Positions 1 through 13,136 are shown, counted from the first letter of the stretch. The stretch is 64,000 bases of DNA from Octopus vulgaris (GCA_951406725.2 OX597832.1:55986001-56050000), one strand, 5' to 3'. Notes: a model not told the origin generated them from the letters alone. Numbers and translations: made by a program.

Positions 1-44
1 GTATACGTACGTTCATATGCATATATGTGCATATACATACGTAC

Positions 45-130
<86 letters not shown>

Positions 131-148
131 ACATATGTATATATATAT

Positions 149-208
<60 letters not shown>

Positions 209-458
209 TCATACGTACATACAATATACGTACATACGTACGTATATATATATGTATGTATGAATGTATGTATGCAAGTATATATGCAAATATATATATG
301 TATATATACATATGTATGTATGTAAGTATATATATAAATATATATATGTATATATACAAATGTATATATGTATATATACATATGTATATACGTATATGTA
401 TATCTACATTCATGCATACATTTATACGTATCACATTCATTTGCATTCATATGTGTGC

Positions 459-519
<61 letters not shown>

Positions 520-756
520 GTACGTACATAGATACATACATACTTACAATCATACATACATGCATACACACACACACACATACATGTGTTTATGCTTCTA
601 TGTCTCTGAACGTGTCTGAAGGAAAATAATATTAGCGAAAATAATATTGTAACGGTTTGCTGTGCGTGTTGACTAGAAGTGTTATCAGAATATATGTGTA
701 TGCATCTGTATGCCTATGTCTCCACGTATCTGTGTATGTGCGTGTGTGCGTGTGTG

Positions 757-787
<31 letters not shown>

Positions 788-1140
788 ATGAGTGTGTGTA
801 TGAGTGCGTGTGTGTGTGTGTGTGTGTGCGTGTGAAACATAATGTTGTATGTTTCAATTACTGTTTCACCGAATACGTGACTGAATAAATAATAAAGTTT
901 TTATAGATGCTCACGTTAGAGTTCTGTGGAGCCACCAACATTTATAGATGTGTACAATCTACGTCAGTGCGCGCGGGGGTGTGGTGGGGGTGGGGTGGAG
1001 TGGGGGATGGGTCGGTTTTTGTGTGTGTGGGGGGGGGCATGTGTATGTAACGATATGTATCTGTGTATATATATATATATATGTATGTATATACATATAT
1101 ATATGCATGTATGTATATATGTATATACATATATATATCT

Positions 1141-1171
<31 letters not shown>

Positions 1172-1280
1172 GTATATATATGTATATATATGTATATATA
1201 TATATATATGTATATATGTATATATATGTATATATGTAGATATATGTATATATATATGTATATATGTATAATATATATGT

Positions 1281-1315
<35 letters not shown>

Positions 1316-1493
1316 TATATATGTGTATATACATATGTATATATATATACATATATATATATATGTGTATATATTTATATGTATATATATATATGCATAT
1401 ATATATATGTGTATATATTTATATGGATATATATATATATGTATATATATATATTTATATACATGTATATATATGTGTCTATATATGTATATG

Positions 1494-1524
<31 letters not shown>

Positions 1525-1842
1525 ATATAGTTAGAAGTATATATGTATGTATGTATATATACATATCAATGTATATGTATATGATTATGTGGTTATGTAT
1601 ATGTAACTTTATGCGTAAAATGTTTAAGGAAATAGGTGTGTGGGAGAGCGTGCGTATATAAATGTTAATCTGTTAGAGTATGTGTATTTAACTATGTATG
1701 TGTGTGTGTGTTTGTGCACCTTTGTGTGTGTGTTTGCGTACGCATGTGCAGTGTGTACACTCACCTCAATGTCTATGCATATGTCTAAATTGCGTGCAGC
1801 TACATATAGGAATGTGTGTATGTTCGCGTGCGCGCACACACG

Positions 1843-1889
<47 letters not shown>

Positions 1890-1930
1890 ACACACACGTA
1901 CACTCATATATGCACACATATGTATTACAC
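1..1930. repeat. Compound (TA)n/(CA)n/(TACA)n/(TG)n microsatellite field; similar tracts recur throughout the window
   Basis: Direct reading; explains the [12 protein letters not shown] ORFs. Confidence 0.97.
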
Positions 1931-1964
1931 AGCTTAACTCATTGGAACTGAAATAAATCTAATA

Positions 1965-2182
1965 TTGATTTCAAATGTTGGCACAAGGCCTGCATTTTCA
2001 AGGAGGCGGGGGGGGGCGTCGATTACATCGACTCTAGCACTCAACTGAGACTTGTTTTATCGACCCCGGAAGGATGAACGGCAAAGTCGACCGCAGCGGA
2101 ATTTGAACTCAGAACGTAAGGACGGACGAAATGCCATTAAGCATTTTGTCCGGCGTACTAACGATCCTGCAAAGGTCGCCGC
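1965..2182 (-). mobile_element. SINE family A copy (Pol III head; central GCCTTTCATCCTTTCGGGGTCGATAAA domain resembling the Meta domain of MetaSINEs)
   Basis: Reverse-complement match to the + copies at 7176, 9229 and 32847; B-box GAGTTCAAATTCC. Confidence 0.8.
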
Positions 2183-2329
2183 TTTTGTTACACTTCATAT
2201 TTATCAATGGCGAACCCTAAAAGAACAAATATACAAATGAACCATTCCACTACAGTATTTGCTTAATTTATGTCTGCTTTATTTAGTAACTGAGAAGGAA
2301 GTCGGTTACATTATCTCTGCGGGACAGTC

Positions 2330-3262
2330 AACTACATACAAACAAAAATACCCTGTTGTTGAAATTCCAATGAAAGAGCCTTGAATCTAGGTTAGAAACC
2401 GGTTCTTTCTCTATTGGCAAGAAATCTTGAAATAAACTGAATAATGACATACATACGTGCAAAAAGAATGCTTATTCGAAGACTACAGATCCAAGCCATC
2501 ACCGGAACTGTAAAAATCTGTAAAACTTTCTATGAGAATACATAACTAAAACAAAACATACAGATCTGCACATATACATACATGCAAAAATACCCTGTTG
2601 TTGATGTTGAAATTCCAATGTCGAAGCCTTGAATCTGGGTTAGAAACCGGTTCTTTCTCTATTGGCAAGAAATCTTGAAATAAAATTGACTAATGACATA
2701 CATACATACATCACACATACATACATACATACATACATACATACATACATACATACATACATACATACATACATGCATGCATGCATGCATACATACATAC
2801 ATACATACATACATACATACATACATACATACATACATACATACATACATACATACATGCATGCATACATACTTGCATACATACCCTAACTATGAATTCT
2901 CAATTGTACCTACCATCATAGGTGCATTAGATTACGTACCAACAAATTGACAGAAAAACCTAGAAATACTTGGTTTCATGAAGAAAGAGCAAAAAAAGCT
3001 GACGTGGATTCTCCAAATCCAATCTATTAGTGGCGCAGTGAAGATATGTAAGACATTCCAGAAATTCTCCATCTTAAATTCTTATGTGAAGAGATTCATA
3101 CACTCCGGTGAATGCATCGACAGTTCCACCAAACACACCACACCAGTCACACGTTTACAAATACCAGGAAACACTCTTAACTCAAAAAGTCTTGTTGCTT
3201 TGTTAGTGACCAGCTTGAGAATCTCTGAAGAAGAACTTAGATTAAACTCAAAGAACAATCAT
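2330..3262 (+). mobile_element. Three tandem 5'-truncated R4/Dong-type (RLE) non-LTR retrotransposon 3' ends within (TACA)n
   Basis: 2462-2545 reads KRMLIRRLQIQAITGTVKICKTFYENT*; 2891-3075 reads [44 protein letters not shown] (RLE C-terminal PxxIGAL motif); near-identical 3' UTR at about 2345-2447 and 2587-2696; each unit ends in ACAT repeats. Confidence 0.75.
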
Positions 3263-3317
3263 ACATACATACATACATACATACATACATACATACATAC
3301 ATACATACATACATACC

Positions 3318-3380
<63 letters not shown>

Positions 3381-3414
3381 ACGTACATACGTACATATAT
3401 ACATACATACATTC

Positions 3415-3605
3415 ATGCAGCCCGAAATGAGGAGTAGATAGAGAGCCAACAGCTGAGGAAGGGTCGTTCTTTATGTTACTTGTCCAGTTTACCTTTTGTT
3501 TCTCTCGTTGTTTGCGTATTGAACTCATATGCTTTCGTATTTCATGTTATTTACTGTTTGGTAACGTCCTGTACCCATATATGCATATATGCATATATGC
3601 ATATG
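3415..3605 (+). mobile_element. 5'-truncated copy of the permuted-hammerhead repeat family (see 47245 and 58965)
   Basis: GCCC-GAAA...GAGTAGAT...CTGAGGA-AGGGT and 3' GTCCTGTACCCATATATGCAT shared with the other two copies. Confidence 0.65.
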
Positions 3606-3820
3606 TAAATTATATATATATAAAGAAATGCAATTGCAAAGATGAAACCTCCTGTCCGTTAGAAGGGAAGATGAACGGCAACGAGAAACTCAGAATAACA
3701 GATTTTGTTGAATTTTCTGCTGCTTTAATTAAGTATTTATATATTATTTACATACATACATACATACATGCATACATACATACATACATACATACATACA
3801 TACATACATACATACATACA

Positions 3821-3851
<31 letters not shown>

Positions 3852-4063
3852 TGTATTATTATGTATTCCTGATCCGTCATTTTTCGTTCCAATTTATATA
3901 CACAGGTCGTAATTACTTCAATTTCATTTCTTTCAATTATTTATTGAGCTCTTTTTGTGCTAAATGCCTCACTGCTTGTATGAATAAACATGTATCACGT
4001 GAAGGACATTTCTTTATCCACACACACACAATTAAATAAATATATATATATATTTATATATAG

Positions 4064-4149
<86 letters not shown>

Positions 4150-4150
<1 letters not shown>

Positions 4151-4318
4151 GGGGTGGGATTCACGAAAAAAACGAAAGACGAAGACAGGTGGTGTAGAAA
4201 ACAAACAGATGTATTTGTATAACGCTCGGGAATTGAAAAGGTCTTTAACGTTTCGAGCCTACGCTCTTCCACAGAAAGGAACACAGAAAGAAACAAGGAG
4301 AGAAAAAATGTGTGTTTA
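4150..4318 (-). mobile_element. Penelope-associated terminal repeat, family 1, with a minimal hammerhead at 4243-4278
   Basis: Minus strand CTTT-CTGTGGA-A-GAGC-GTAG-GCTC-GAAA-CGT-T-AAAG; the same repeat follows a PLE RT relic at 26400. Confidence 0.75.
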
Positions 4319-4434
4319 TATATATATGTATATATTATATTATATTATATTGTATTATATTATATTATATTATATAATATTATATTATATTATATTATTA
4401 TATTAAATCATATTACATTATTTAAAACTGTTTG

Positions 4435-4510
4435 ATACGGTTCTAAGCGACTTAAAGTTTCGCAGGCCTCTAAGAGAGGCCCGTCTCTTTCAGGCTTTGG
4501 ATTACCGTAT
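4435..4510 (-). ncRNA. Type I hammerhead-like ribozyme with extended stem I
   Basis: AAGC-CTGAAAGA-(stem II GACGGGCCTCT/AGAGGCCTGC)-GAAA-CTTTAAG-TC-GCTT closed by ATACGGT/ACCGTAT; one extra A in the core. Confidence 0.6.
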
Positions 4511-4629
4511 ATTATACATCCACACACACATGCACATGCACTTACACACACCCATGCATTCGCATAAACACTCGTACATACACACATACGTCATACAGTT
4601 CTATAGCTTTTGAGAAGAGTGTGGGAATT

Positions 4630-6350
4630 GCAGCGTAACAGAGACGACGGTGACGGTGATGACGGTGGTCATGACAACGACAGCGACTACGATAACGGCG
4701 ATGATGACGGTGGTTGTAATGACGGAAGCAAATATGGCGGCAGAGGCGATGGCGCCGGCTACTGTCATGGCGCCATTTTACAATGATGGCGGCTGCAGCG
4801 GGGACAGCGAACGGTGCCAGCGGCGGCGGCGTCGACGGGCAGCGTCGGCAACGGCGGTGTTGGGGTGGTATCGGCGGCGTAGGCGGTAGCAGAGGCAGCG
4901 GCGGTGTTGGGGTGGTATCGGCGGCGTAGGCGGTAGCAGAGGCAGCGGCGGTAGCAGACGGCGACGGTGGTGGACACAAAAACCATGTAAAGACGGCAAA
5001 CAGCGACGGCGGACGGAATGTTACAAGTCGATGGTGTTGGTTGCGTTGTGTAATGGCGGTCTTAGCTATAGCCGCCATTATTGCTGCTGCTGTTGTTGTT
5101 GTTACTGCTGCAGCTTCTGCTGCTGTTACCGTCAGCATCGACACCGTCTCTGTTACTGCTGCCGCTCTTTCCGAATATGTATTCCTTCGGTTGTCGAGAT
5201 GTCGTGACGGGAATGTAAATGCTCATAGTAACAGCAATCAAATATTAAAACGATATAGTACAGAAGGAGAGGGAGAGAGAGAGAAAGGGAGAAAGACAGA
5301 CAGAGAAAAAGAAAGAGAAAGAGAAAAAGAGAGAAAGAGAGGGGGATGTTTGAGAAAGAGTGGCATGGTAGTGAGAGAGAGAAAGAGACTGAGAAAGAGG
5401 AGGAGGAGAAGAAGAGAGAGCGAGCGAGCGAGGGAGGGGGGTTTGAGAAAGAGAGGCACGGTAGAGGGAGAGGAGGAGAGGATGAGAGAAAGACAGACAG
5501 AGAAAAAGAAAGAGAAAAAGAGAGAGAGGGAGGGATGTTTGAGAAAGAGTGACGCGGTAGAGAGAGTGAGAGAGTGAGAGAGAGAGAGAGAGAGAGAGAC
5601 TGAGAAAGAAGAGAAGAGAGACAGAGAAAGAGAGAGAGACAGAGAAAGTGAGAGGGAGCGAACGAGAGAACGAGGTTTGAGAAAGAGATGTGCAGTAGAG
5701 AGAAAGGAGGAGAGTAAGAGAGAGAGAGAGAGAGAAGCAGAAAGAAAAAAATGCGAAAAGGTGTGATGTAGAAGAAGAGATGTTGTTTTGGTGATGGTGG
5801 TGGTGACGGTACTGATGATAACGCAGGTGGTGGTGGTGGTTGTAGTGGTGGAGGTGGTCGTGTTTTGGTGATGGTGCAGGTAGTGGTGCTGGTAGCGGTA
5901 GTACCACTAACGACATAGAGTTAAAGATGAAGGGTGGGTGCTGGTGCTGGCGCTGGCATGAAGGCGGTGGCGCTGAAGGTGATGGTGGTGGCGGTGTCGG
6001 TGGCAGTTCCCGCCGTCGTCGTCGTAGAAATGGTGGTGGTGGTGGTGGTGAATGGTGAATGGTGGTGGAGAAAGATGAAGATAAAGATGGCGGTATAAGT
6101 GTGCTACAGTGTAGTGGTGGTTGCGTTGGTGGTCATAGTTGATGGCCGTGGTGGTAATGGTAGTCGTGGTGGTCGTCGTAATAGTGGTTGTGGTGGTGGT
6201 GGCGATAATGATGGCGGAGGTGATAGTAAAGGAATGTGATAATATTAAATGTTAAGCAAGCTGGAATAGCGAACTGGAAGCGCTGGCGGCGGCGATGGTG
6301 GCGTCGGTGGTGATGGTGGTGTTGATGGTGGTGGTGGAGTATGTGATGGG
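4630..6350. repeat. Low-complexity GAC/GGT/GGC trinucleotide tracts and GA-rich degenerate tandem units
   Basis: Duplication of about 47 bp at 4852-4945; GTTTGAGAAAGA-containing unit repeated four times in 5340-5700. Confidence 0.85.
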
Positions 6351-6567
6351 ACATAACATGCATATACAGAAATACTGTACACACACACATACATATAAAC
6401 ATAAGCATACACATATGTGTGTGTGTGACGACAGAACATATACGTTTACTCATATTAGACGAGTTTTTTTTTTATCTTCAAATTCGATTCCTTGGAAATC
6501 TCTTCTAGTTTGTCTCAGCAATTTCTCTTCATCTGTCACACTTGTACCAAATAAAGTAACAATTATT

Positions 6568-7008
6568 AGTGGCTGTGTGGTAAGTAGCTTGCTTACCAAC
6601 AGCATGGTTCCGGGTTCAGTCCCACTGCGTGGCATCTTGGGCAAGTGTCTTCTACTATAGCTTCGGGCCGACCAAAGCCTTGTGAGTGGATTTGGTAGTC
6701 GGAAACTGAAAGAAGCTTGTCGTATATATGTATATATATATATATATATGTGCGTGCGTGTGTGTTTGTGTGTGTGTGTGTGTGTGTGTACGCGCGCGCG
6801 TGTGTGTGTGTATGTGTTTGTCCCTCCAACATCGCTTGACAACCGATGCTGGTGTGTTTACGTCTCCGTAACTTAGCGGTTCGGCTAGAGAGACCGATAG
6901 AATAAGTACTAGGCTTACAAAGAATAAGTCCTTGGATCGATTTGCTCGACTAAAGGCGGCGCTCCAGCATGGCCGAAGTCAAAAACTGAAACAAATAAAA
7001 GAATAAAA
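6568..7008 (+). mobile_element. SINE family B (about 450 bp, tRNA-like head GTGGCTGTGTGGTAAG...GGTTCAGTCCC, internal (TG)n, GTAAAAGA-type tail)
   Basis: More than 15 homologous copies in the window. Confidence 0.9.
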
Positions 7009-7034
7009 CAGAAAAATAATCATTATTATTATTA

Positions 7035-7093
<59 letters not shown>

Positions 7094-7175
7094 GTTATTA
7101 TTATTATTATTACTATTATTATTATTATCACCATCATCATCATCATCATCATCATCATCATTATTATTGTTATTA

Positions 7176-7386
7176 AGGCGGCGAGCTTGCAGAGTCGTTA
7201 GCGCGCTGAACGAAATGCTTAGCGGCATTTCACCCTTTTTTACGTTCTGAGTTAAAATTCCGCCGCGGTCGATTTTGCCTTCCATCCAATCTGGATCGAT
7301 AAATTAAGTACCAGTGAAACACTGTGGTCGATGTAATCGATTCATCCCCTCCCCTAAAATGGCTGCTCTTGTGGCAAAATTTGAAG
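7176..7386 (+). mobile_element. SINE family A monomer inside a (TTA)n tract
   Basis: GGCGGCGAGCT head, B-box-like motif, central domain. Confidence 0.85.
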
Positions 7387-7387
7387 C

Positions 7388-7436
<49 letters not shown>

Positions 7437-7439
<3 letters not shown>

Positions 7440-7671
7440 TAGTTTTATTTTTTATAGCGTGCTTTCACTTCACTACCGAGCGCAGCTCTGTGTGCCTTGG
7501 GTATGTGCTGTGATTTGTTGTGATGCTCTGATGGTTATTGTATGGAAAGTGTTCTGCGTAGGATGTGTGCAGTGCCTAGTAGTGCAATTTTCTGTATGTT
7601 ATATGGGTTTGTAAGTCCTGGTGTTTTTGTTATGTATTTGTCTGAATATTTTTTATCATGCCTAATGCACC

Positions 7672-7672
<1 letters not shown>
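7437..7672 (-). mobile_element. R4/Dong non-LTR retrotransposon 3' fragment in (TAA)n
   Basis: IGALGMIK(fs)KYSDKYITKTPGLTNPYNIQKIALLGTAHILRRTLSIQ* plus a short 3' UTR; TAA repeats on both sides. Confidence 0.85.
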
Positions 7673-7723
<51 letters not shown>

Positions 7724-8007
7724 TATTGTTCTCAAGAGTTTCATGCGAGTTTCTACTGCATTACCGTATTAGGCACCTCCGTTTTACCTGAAGTGTGCGC
7801 ATTATTGTCTTTTGGGAATCGAGAAATCACGCTAAAACAGTTTAAAAACAGGAGCCCACCATTAATAACGCATTACAACATTTTGTTCTTCGCACCGGTT
7901 TAAATTTCAATTTTAAAACAAAATCGGCGCAATATCTACTTGTTCCATTTCCCCTCAAAAAGATTTACTTGCCGAATTTGATGGCCTAAAAAGAAAAAAA
8001 GCATACT

Positions 8008-8202
8008 TTTTTTACTCTTTTACTTGTTTCAGTCATTGGACGGTGGCCATGCTGGAGCACCACTTTCAGTCGAGCAAATCCACCCCAGGACTTATTCTTT
8101 GTAAACCTATACTTGTGGAGGCGCAATGGCCTAGTAGTTAGGGCAGCGGACTTGTGAGTGGACTTGGTGGACGGAAACTGAAAGAAGCCCATCGTATATA
8201 TG

Positions 8203-8235
<33 letters not shown>

Positions 8236-9040
8236 ATATACATATGTTTGTGTGTCTGTGTTTGTCCCTCCAACATCACTTGACAACCGATGCTGGTGTG
8301 TTTACGTCACCGTAACTTAGCCGTTCGGCAAAAGGGACCGATAGAATAAGTACTAGGCTTACAAAGAATAAGTCCGCTTGGTCGCGATCAAAAGACTGAA
8401 ACAAGTAAAAGAGTAAAGAATAAACAAAAGGACATTTCGTGAACATGTCTTGAAACTGTCATTCGAAAATGGTACGTATTAATATTTTTACCATTTATAA
8501 AATTCCTTATGCATTCTACCAAATCTCTTGGACGAGGCTTCATTAAGTTTACTGTGTGTCCTTCTGTTGGTTTTTTCCAGTCGATAACCAATGCGATATT
8601 TCATGAAATAAGTAAAGCAATTTTTGTATTTTTCTGATAAAGACATAGGTGCAGGCGTGGCTGTGTGGTCAGAAGCTTGTTTCCCAATCACACGGTCCCG
8701 GGTTCAGTCACACTGCGTATTACCTTGGGCAAGTGTCTTCTGCTATAGCCATGGGTCGGCCAAAGCCATGTGAGTGGATCTGGCAGACGGAAACTGAAAG
8801 AAGCCCGTCGTACATGTGTGTAAGTGTGTGTGGATTTGCTTCCAACCACCGCTTGACAACTGGTGTTGGTTTGTCTACGTCCCAGTAATTTAGTAGTTGG
8901 GCAAAAGAGATCGATGGAATAAGAACCAGGATTCAAACGGAAAAAAAAGTACGGAGACCGATATTCATGCGACTTTTAAAAAAATCATTCGATGCGGTGC
9001 CCCAGCATGGCCGCAGTCTAATGACTAAAACAAGTAAAAA
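8008..9040. mobile_element. SINE B cluster: - 3' fragment (8008-8110), + chimera with a short family-C tRNA head (8115-8420), diverged + copy (8647-9040)
   Basis: Homology to the 6568 and 33575 copies. Confidence 0.8.
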
Positions 9041-9228
9041 AAAAAAAACAACAGATAAAAGAACTATAATTTTATTTGAATAATTTCAAATACTTTCATT
9101 TTAAAACAGTCATTACTTGGCTCTCTTCAAAAGTTTGAAAGTATCGTCTCTAAATGCTGCCCTGCTTAGTTGGATACCAACTAGTATTGCTTAAAGATCT
9201 TTCCACATACAGTATATAGTCTTTTAAA

Positions 9229-9862
9229 GGAGGCGAGCTGGCAGAAACGTTAGCACGCCGGGCGAAATGCGTAGCCGTATTTCGTCTGCCGCTACGTTCT
9301 GAGTTCAAATTCCGCCGAGGTCGGTTTTGCCTTTCATCCTTTCGGGGTCGATAAATTAAGTACTAGTTGCGTACTAAGGTATGTCTAATCGATTGGTCCC
9401 CTCCCCAAAAATTTCAGGTCCTGTGCCTAGAGTAGAAAAGAATATTAGAGACAGACACGGCGGTGAGCCGACAGAAACGTTAGCACGCCGGGCGAAATGC
9501 GGAGCCGTATTTCGTCTGCCGTTACGTTCTGAGTTCAAATTCCGCCGAGGTCGACTTTGTCTTTCATCCTTTCGGGGTCGATACATTAAGTACCAGTTAC
9601 GCACTGGGGTCGATGTAATCGACTTAATCCGTTTGTCTATCCTTGTTTGTCCTGTCTGTGTTTAGCCCCTTGTGGGTAGTAAAGAAATAGAAATAGGTAT
9701 TTCTCTCTCTTTACGTTATGAGTTCAAATACCGTCGTGGTCGACTTTGCCTTTTATCCTTTCGGGGTCGATAAATTAAGTACCAGTTGCTTACTCGGATC
9801 GATATAATCGACAGGTCCCCTCCCCCCAAATTCCTGGCCTTGTGCCTAGACTAGAAAAGAAT
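9229..9862 (+). mobile_element. SINE family A tandem array
   Basis: Three bodies, one AAAGAAATA/GGTATTT junction. Confidence 0.88.
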
Positions 9863-10029
9863 ATATAGTTCTTTGAGGTCTTTCTTATCTTCAGTGTCAG
9901 TAGAATAAGTAAACAAGAAAAGTTACATCATATTTTCTCTTGTATTTAGTTATTTATTTATTTTACTTATCTTTCTGTGGTTTTACTGGCGCTTTTGGAA
10001 AGAAACCTGCAGTAGACGTAAAATAAGAC

Positions 10030-10290
10030 ATAGTTACAACATGAGCTTCCTGTAAACTTAAATTGAGTAAGACCTCATTCCGAGATGAACTTCCAGTCAA
10101 CTTAAGCTAACACTCCCTTCATTCTCATTGCCGAAGTTCCGCTTATTAGCTCTTAATTCAATATCGATTTTAAATCAACCATTTATTCATTAGGGACGTA
10201 AATGGAGTGCAATTTATTGATTACAGAAATTTATAACTCCTCCAAAACATTCATCTCCACGGCGCATGCGTTAGAAAAGTCACTAAACTA
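10030..10290. repeat. Old unclassified interspersed repeat; inverted diverged copy at about 13590-13900
   Basis: CGCATGCGTTAGAAAAGTCACTA and ATTTATTCATTAGGGACG match in reverse complement. Confidence 0.7.
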
Positions 10291-10494
10291 TTTAACACCG
10301 TATTATTTTTCTTGTTGTTTTTCCTTTTATTTACATCGGTTTAGTGCTCAGCTGGAGCTTATTTTATCGATCCCCAAAAGGATGAAAGGCAAAGTCAGAG
10401 CGCAAAGACGGACGAAATGCCGCCATGCCTTTGTCCGACGCGATAGCGATTCTGCTAATTCGCTGCTTTAATAATGATAATAATTTATATTATT

Positions 10495-10730
10495 ATTTCT
10501 ACTCTAGGCACAAGGCCTTGAAAATTTTGGAGGAAGGGGAAAGTCGATTACATCGACCCCAGTACGTAATTGGTACTTATATAATCGACTCCAAGATCAA
10601 ATTCCGCCGAGGTCAACTTTGCCTTTCATCCTTTCGGGGTCGATAAATTAAGTACCAGTTGCGTACTGGGGTCGATCTAATCAATTGGCACCCTCTCTAA
10701 AAATTTCGGGCCTTGTGTGCCTAGAGCAGA
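10495..10730. mobile_element. Two SINE A 3' halves in inverted orientation
   Basis: - copy 10495-10590 abuts + copy 10595-10730. Confidence 0.75.
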
Positions 10731-10739
10731 AAATACCTT

Positions 10740-11722
10740 ACTACACAGGCACCGCAGAACACAAACACCTTACAACACGAACATCTCACAATACAAGCAC
10801 CGCAGAACATAAACACCTCACAACAAAAACACCACACAGCACAAGCACCACACAGCACAAACACCACACATCAGAAATACTTCACAACACAAATATCACA
10901 CATCAAAAACACCACACAACACTAGTACCACATATTACAAAGACCACACATCACAAACAATTCACAACATAAAACACCACACAGCGCAGACACCACACAT
11001 CAGAAACACTTCACAACACAAACATCACGCAACACAATTTGCTTTTCATCATGGACTTCAAAATGATGAGGACATCTTTTCATGGAAAAAATGTTTCGAA
11101 CACAAAACACCACACAACACAAAACACCACACAATACAAACAACACAGCACAAAACACCACACAACACAAAACAGCACACAACACAAAACACCACACAGC
11201 ACAAAACACCACACAACACAAAACACCACACCACACAAAACACCTCACAACACAAAATACCACACAACACAAAACACCACACAACACAAAACACCATACA
11301 ACACAAAACACCACACAACACAGAACACCAATCAACACAAACCACCACACAACACAAACACCACACAAGACAAACCACCACACAACACAAACACCACACA
11401 ACACAAAACACCACACAACACAAAACACCACACAACACAAACCTCCACACAACACAAACACCACACAACACAAAACACCACACAACACAAAACACCACAC
11501 AACACAAAACACCACACAACACAAAACACCACACAACACAAACCACTACACAACACAAAACACCACACAACACAGAACACCAAACAACACAAAACACCAC
11601 ACAACACAAACCACCACACAACACAAAACACCACACAACACAAAACACCGCACAACACAAAACACCACACAACACAAAACATCACACAACACAAAACACC
11701 ACACAACACAAAACACCACACA
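10740..11722. repeat. 17-bp minisatellite (CACCACACAACACAAAA)n with a degenerate upstream portion
   Basis: Direct reading. Confidence 0.95.
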
Positions 11723-12047
11723 ACTCACATTACTCATATACTACACTGTGGTTTCTCTATTTGGGTTCCGCGTCAGCAATTACAAGTTCCCTTGCAGGTT
11801 TTTAGAGAAATAAATGAATGGGGAACCTTTGTTTTCAAACGATGTACGTGAAAGAACTCTTCTGAATCATTGTTGGTTTAAATCTGTTTGGATTGATGTT
11901 TATTCTACGATAATCATTGATCTGACCAGAATAATACAAATTAAAACGGCCCACAGTTGTTATAGACACAATGATTATACATACGTTAGACGATACAGAC
12001 AGGAAAATAGAACCGAAAACATGTACAAACATATGTGTTTGCATGCA

Positions 12048-12078
<31 letters not shown>

Positions 12079-12204
12079 ATGTATGTATGTGTGTGTGTAT
12101 GTATATATATGTGTGTCTGTATGTATAAGTGTGCGAGCGCGTGTTTGGGTGTTATGAATCGGCAGACGTTACTGAGAAACTCAAGGTCCGAGAGTTTGGT
12201 GCAT

Positions 12205-12464
12205 TTGCATTACCAACCACATGGTTCCGGGTTCAGTTCCACTGCGTGGCACCTTGGACAAGTGTCTTCTACTATAGCCTTGGCCCGACCAAAGCCTTGT
12301 GAGTGGATGTGGTAGACGGAAACTGAAAGAAGACCGTTGTATGTGTGTGTGTCCCTTCCTTCCTGAGCGTCAAATAATACTTTAATTGTTCCACGTCCTC
12401 GCGTTGCTGTGTTTTTTTCTGTGTTTTCTTGTTTGGATTAACTATATATCTATCTATCTATCTA

Positions 12465-12498
<34 letters not shown>

Positions 12499-12900
12499 GA
12501 GAGTTTATGAAAAAAACAAAAGACGAAGACAGGTGGTGTACAAAACAAACAGATGTATTAGTATAACGCTCAAGAATAGAAAAAGTATTTTACGTTTCGA
12601 GCCTACGCTTTTCTACACAAAGAGAAAAAAATGTGTGTAGTGGCTAACGATCTATCATGGCGACTGATATATATATATATATATATATGGGCGGGGTGTA
12701 TTTGTTTATGTGTTTATCCCTCCACCATCACTTGACAAACGATGTTGGTGTGTTTACGTCCCCTGAACTTAGCGGTTCGGCAACAGAGCACGATAGAATA
12801 AGTACTAGGCTTACAAAGAATAAGTCCTAGGGTCGATTTGTTCGACCAAAGCCGGTGCTCCAGTCTGGCCGCAGTCATAATGACTGAAACAAATAAAAGA
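12205..12900. mobile_element. SINE B (+) interrupted in its (TG)n by a PLE repeat family 2 fragment (+, 12352-12443) and a family 1 copy (-, 12497-12665, degenerate HHR)
   Basis: Homology to the 58095 and 4150 copies. Confidence 0.75.
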
Positions 12901-12941
12901 ATATATATGCACACTCATATATACATATATACATACAAACA

Positions 12942-12977
<36 letters not shown>

Positions 12978-13086
12978 CATACATACATATAAATACGTAC
13001 ATACTGTTAAAGCAAAGAAGTCATAAATAGTTATTATCATACATAGACAAATATATGACTTCGCTGTTAAGGCAATGAATACACAT

Positions 13087-13136
<50 letters not shown>

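Noticed and set aside
4542-6453. GC-rich ORFs with poly-Ala/His/Pro runs resembling transcription-factor low-complexity regions
   Set aside because: Open in several frames on both strands, built from slipped trinucleotides, no domain or convincing splice signals
11000-11851. Long Cys/Val- or His/Thr-rich ORFs
   Set aside because: Products of a 17-bp minisatellite
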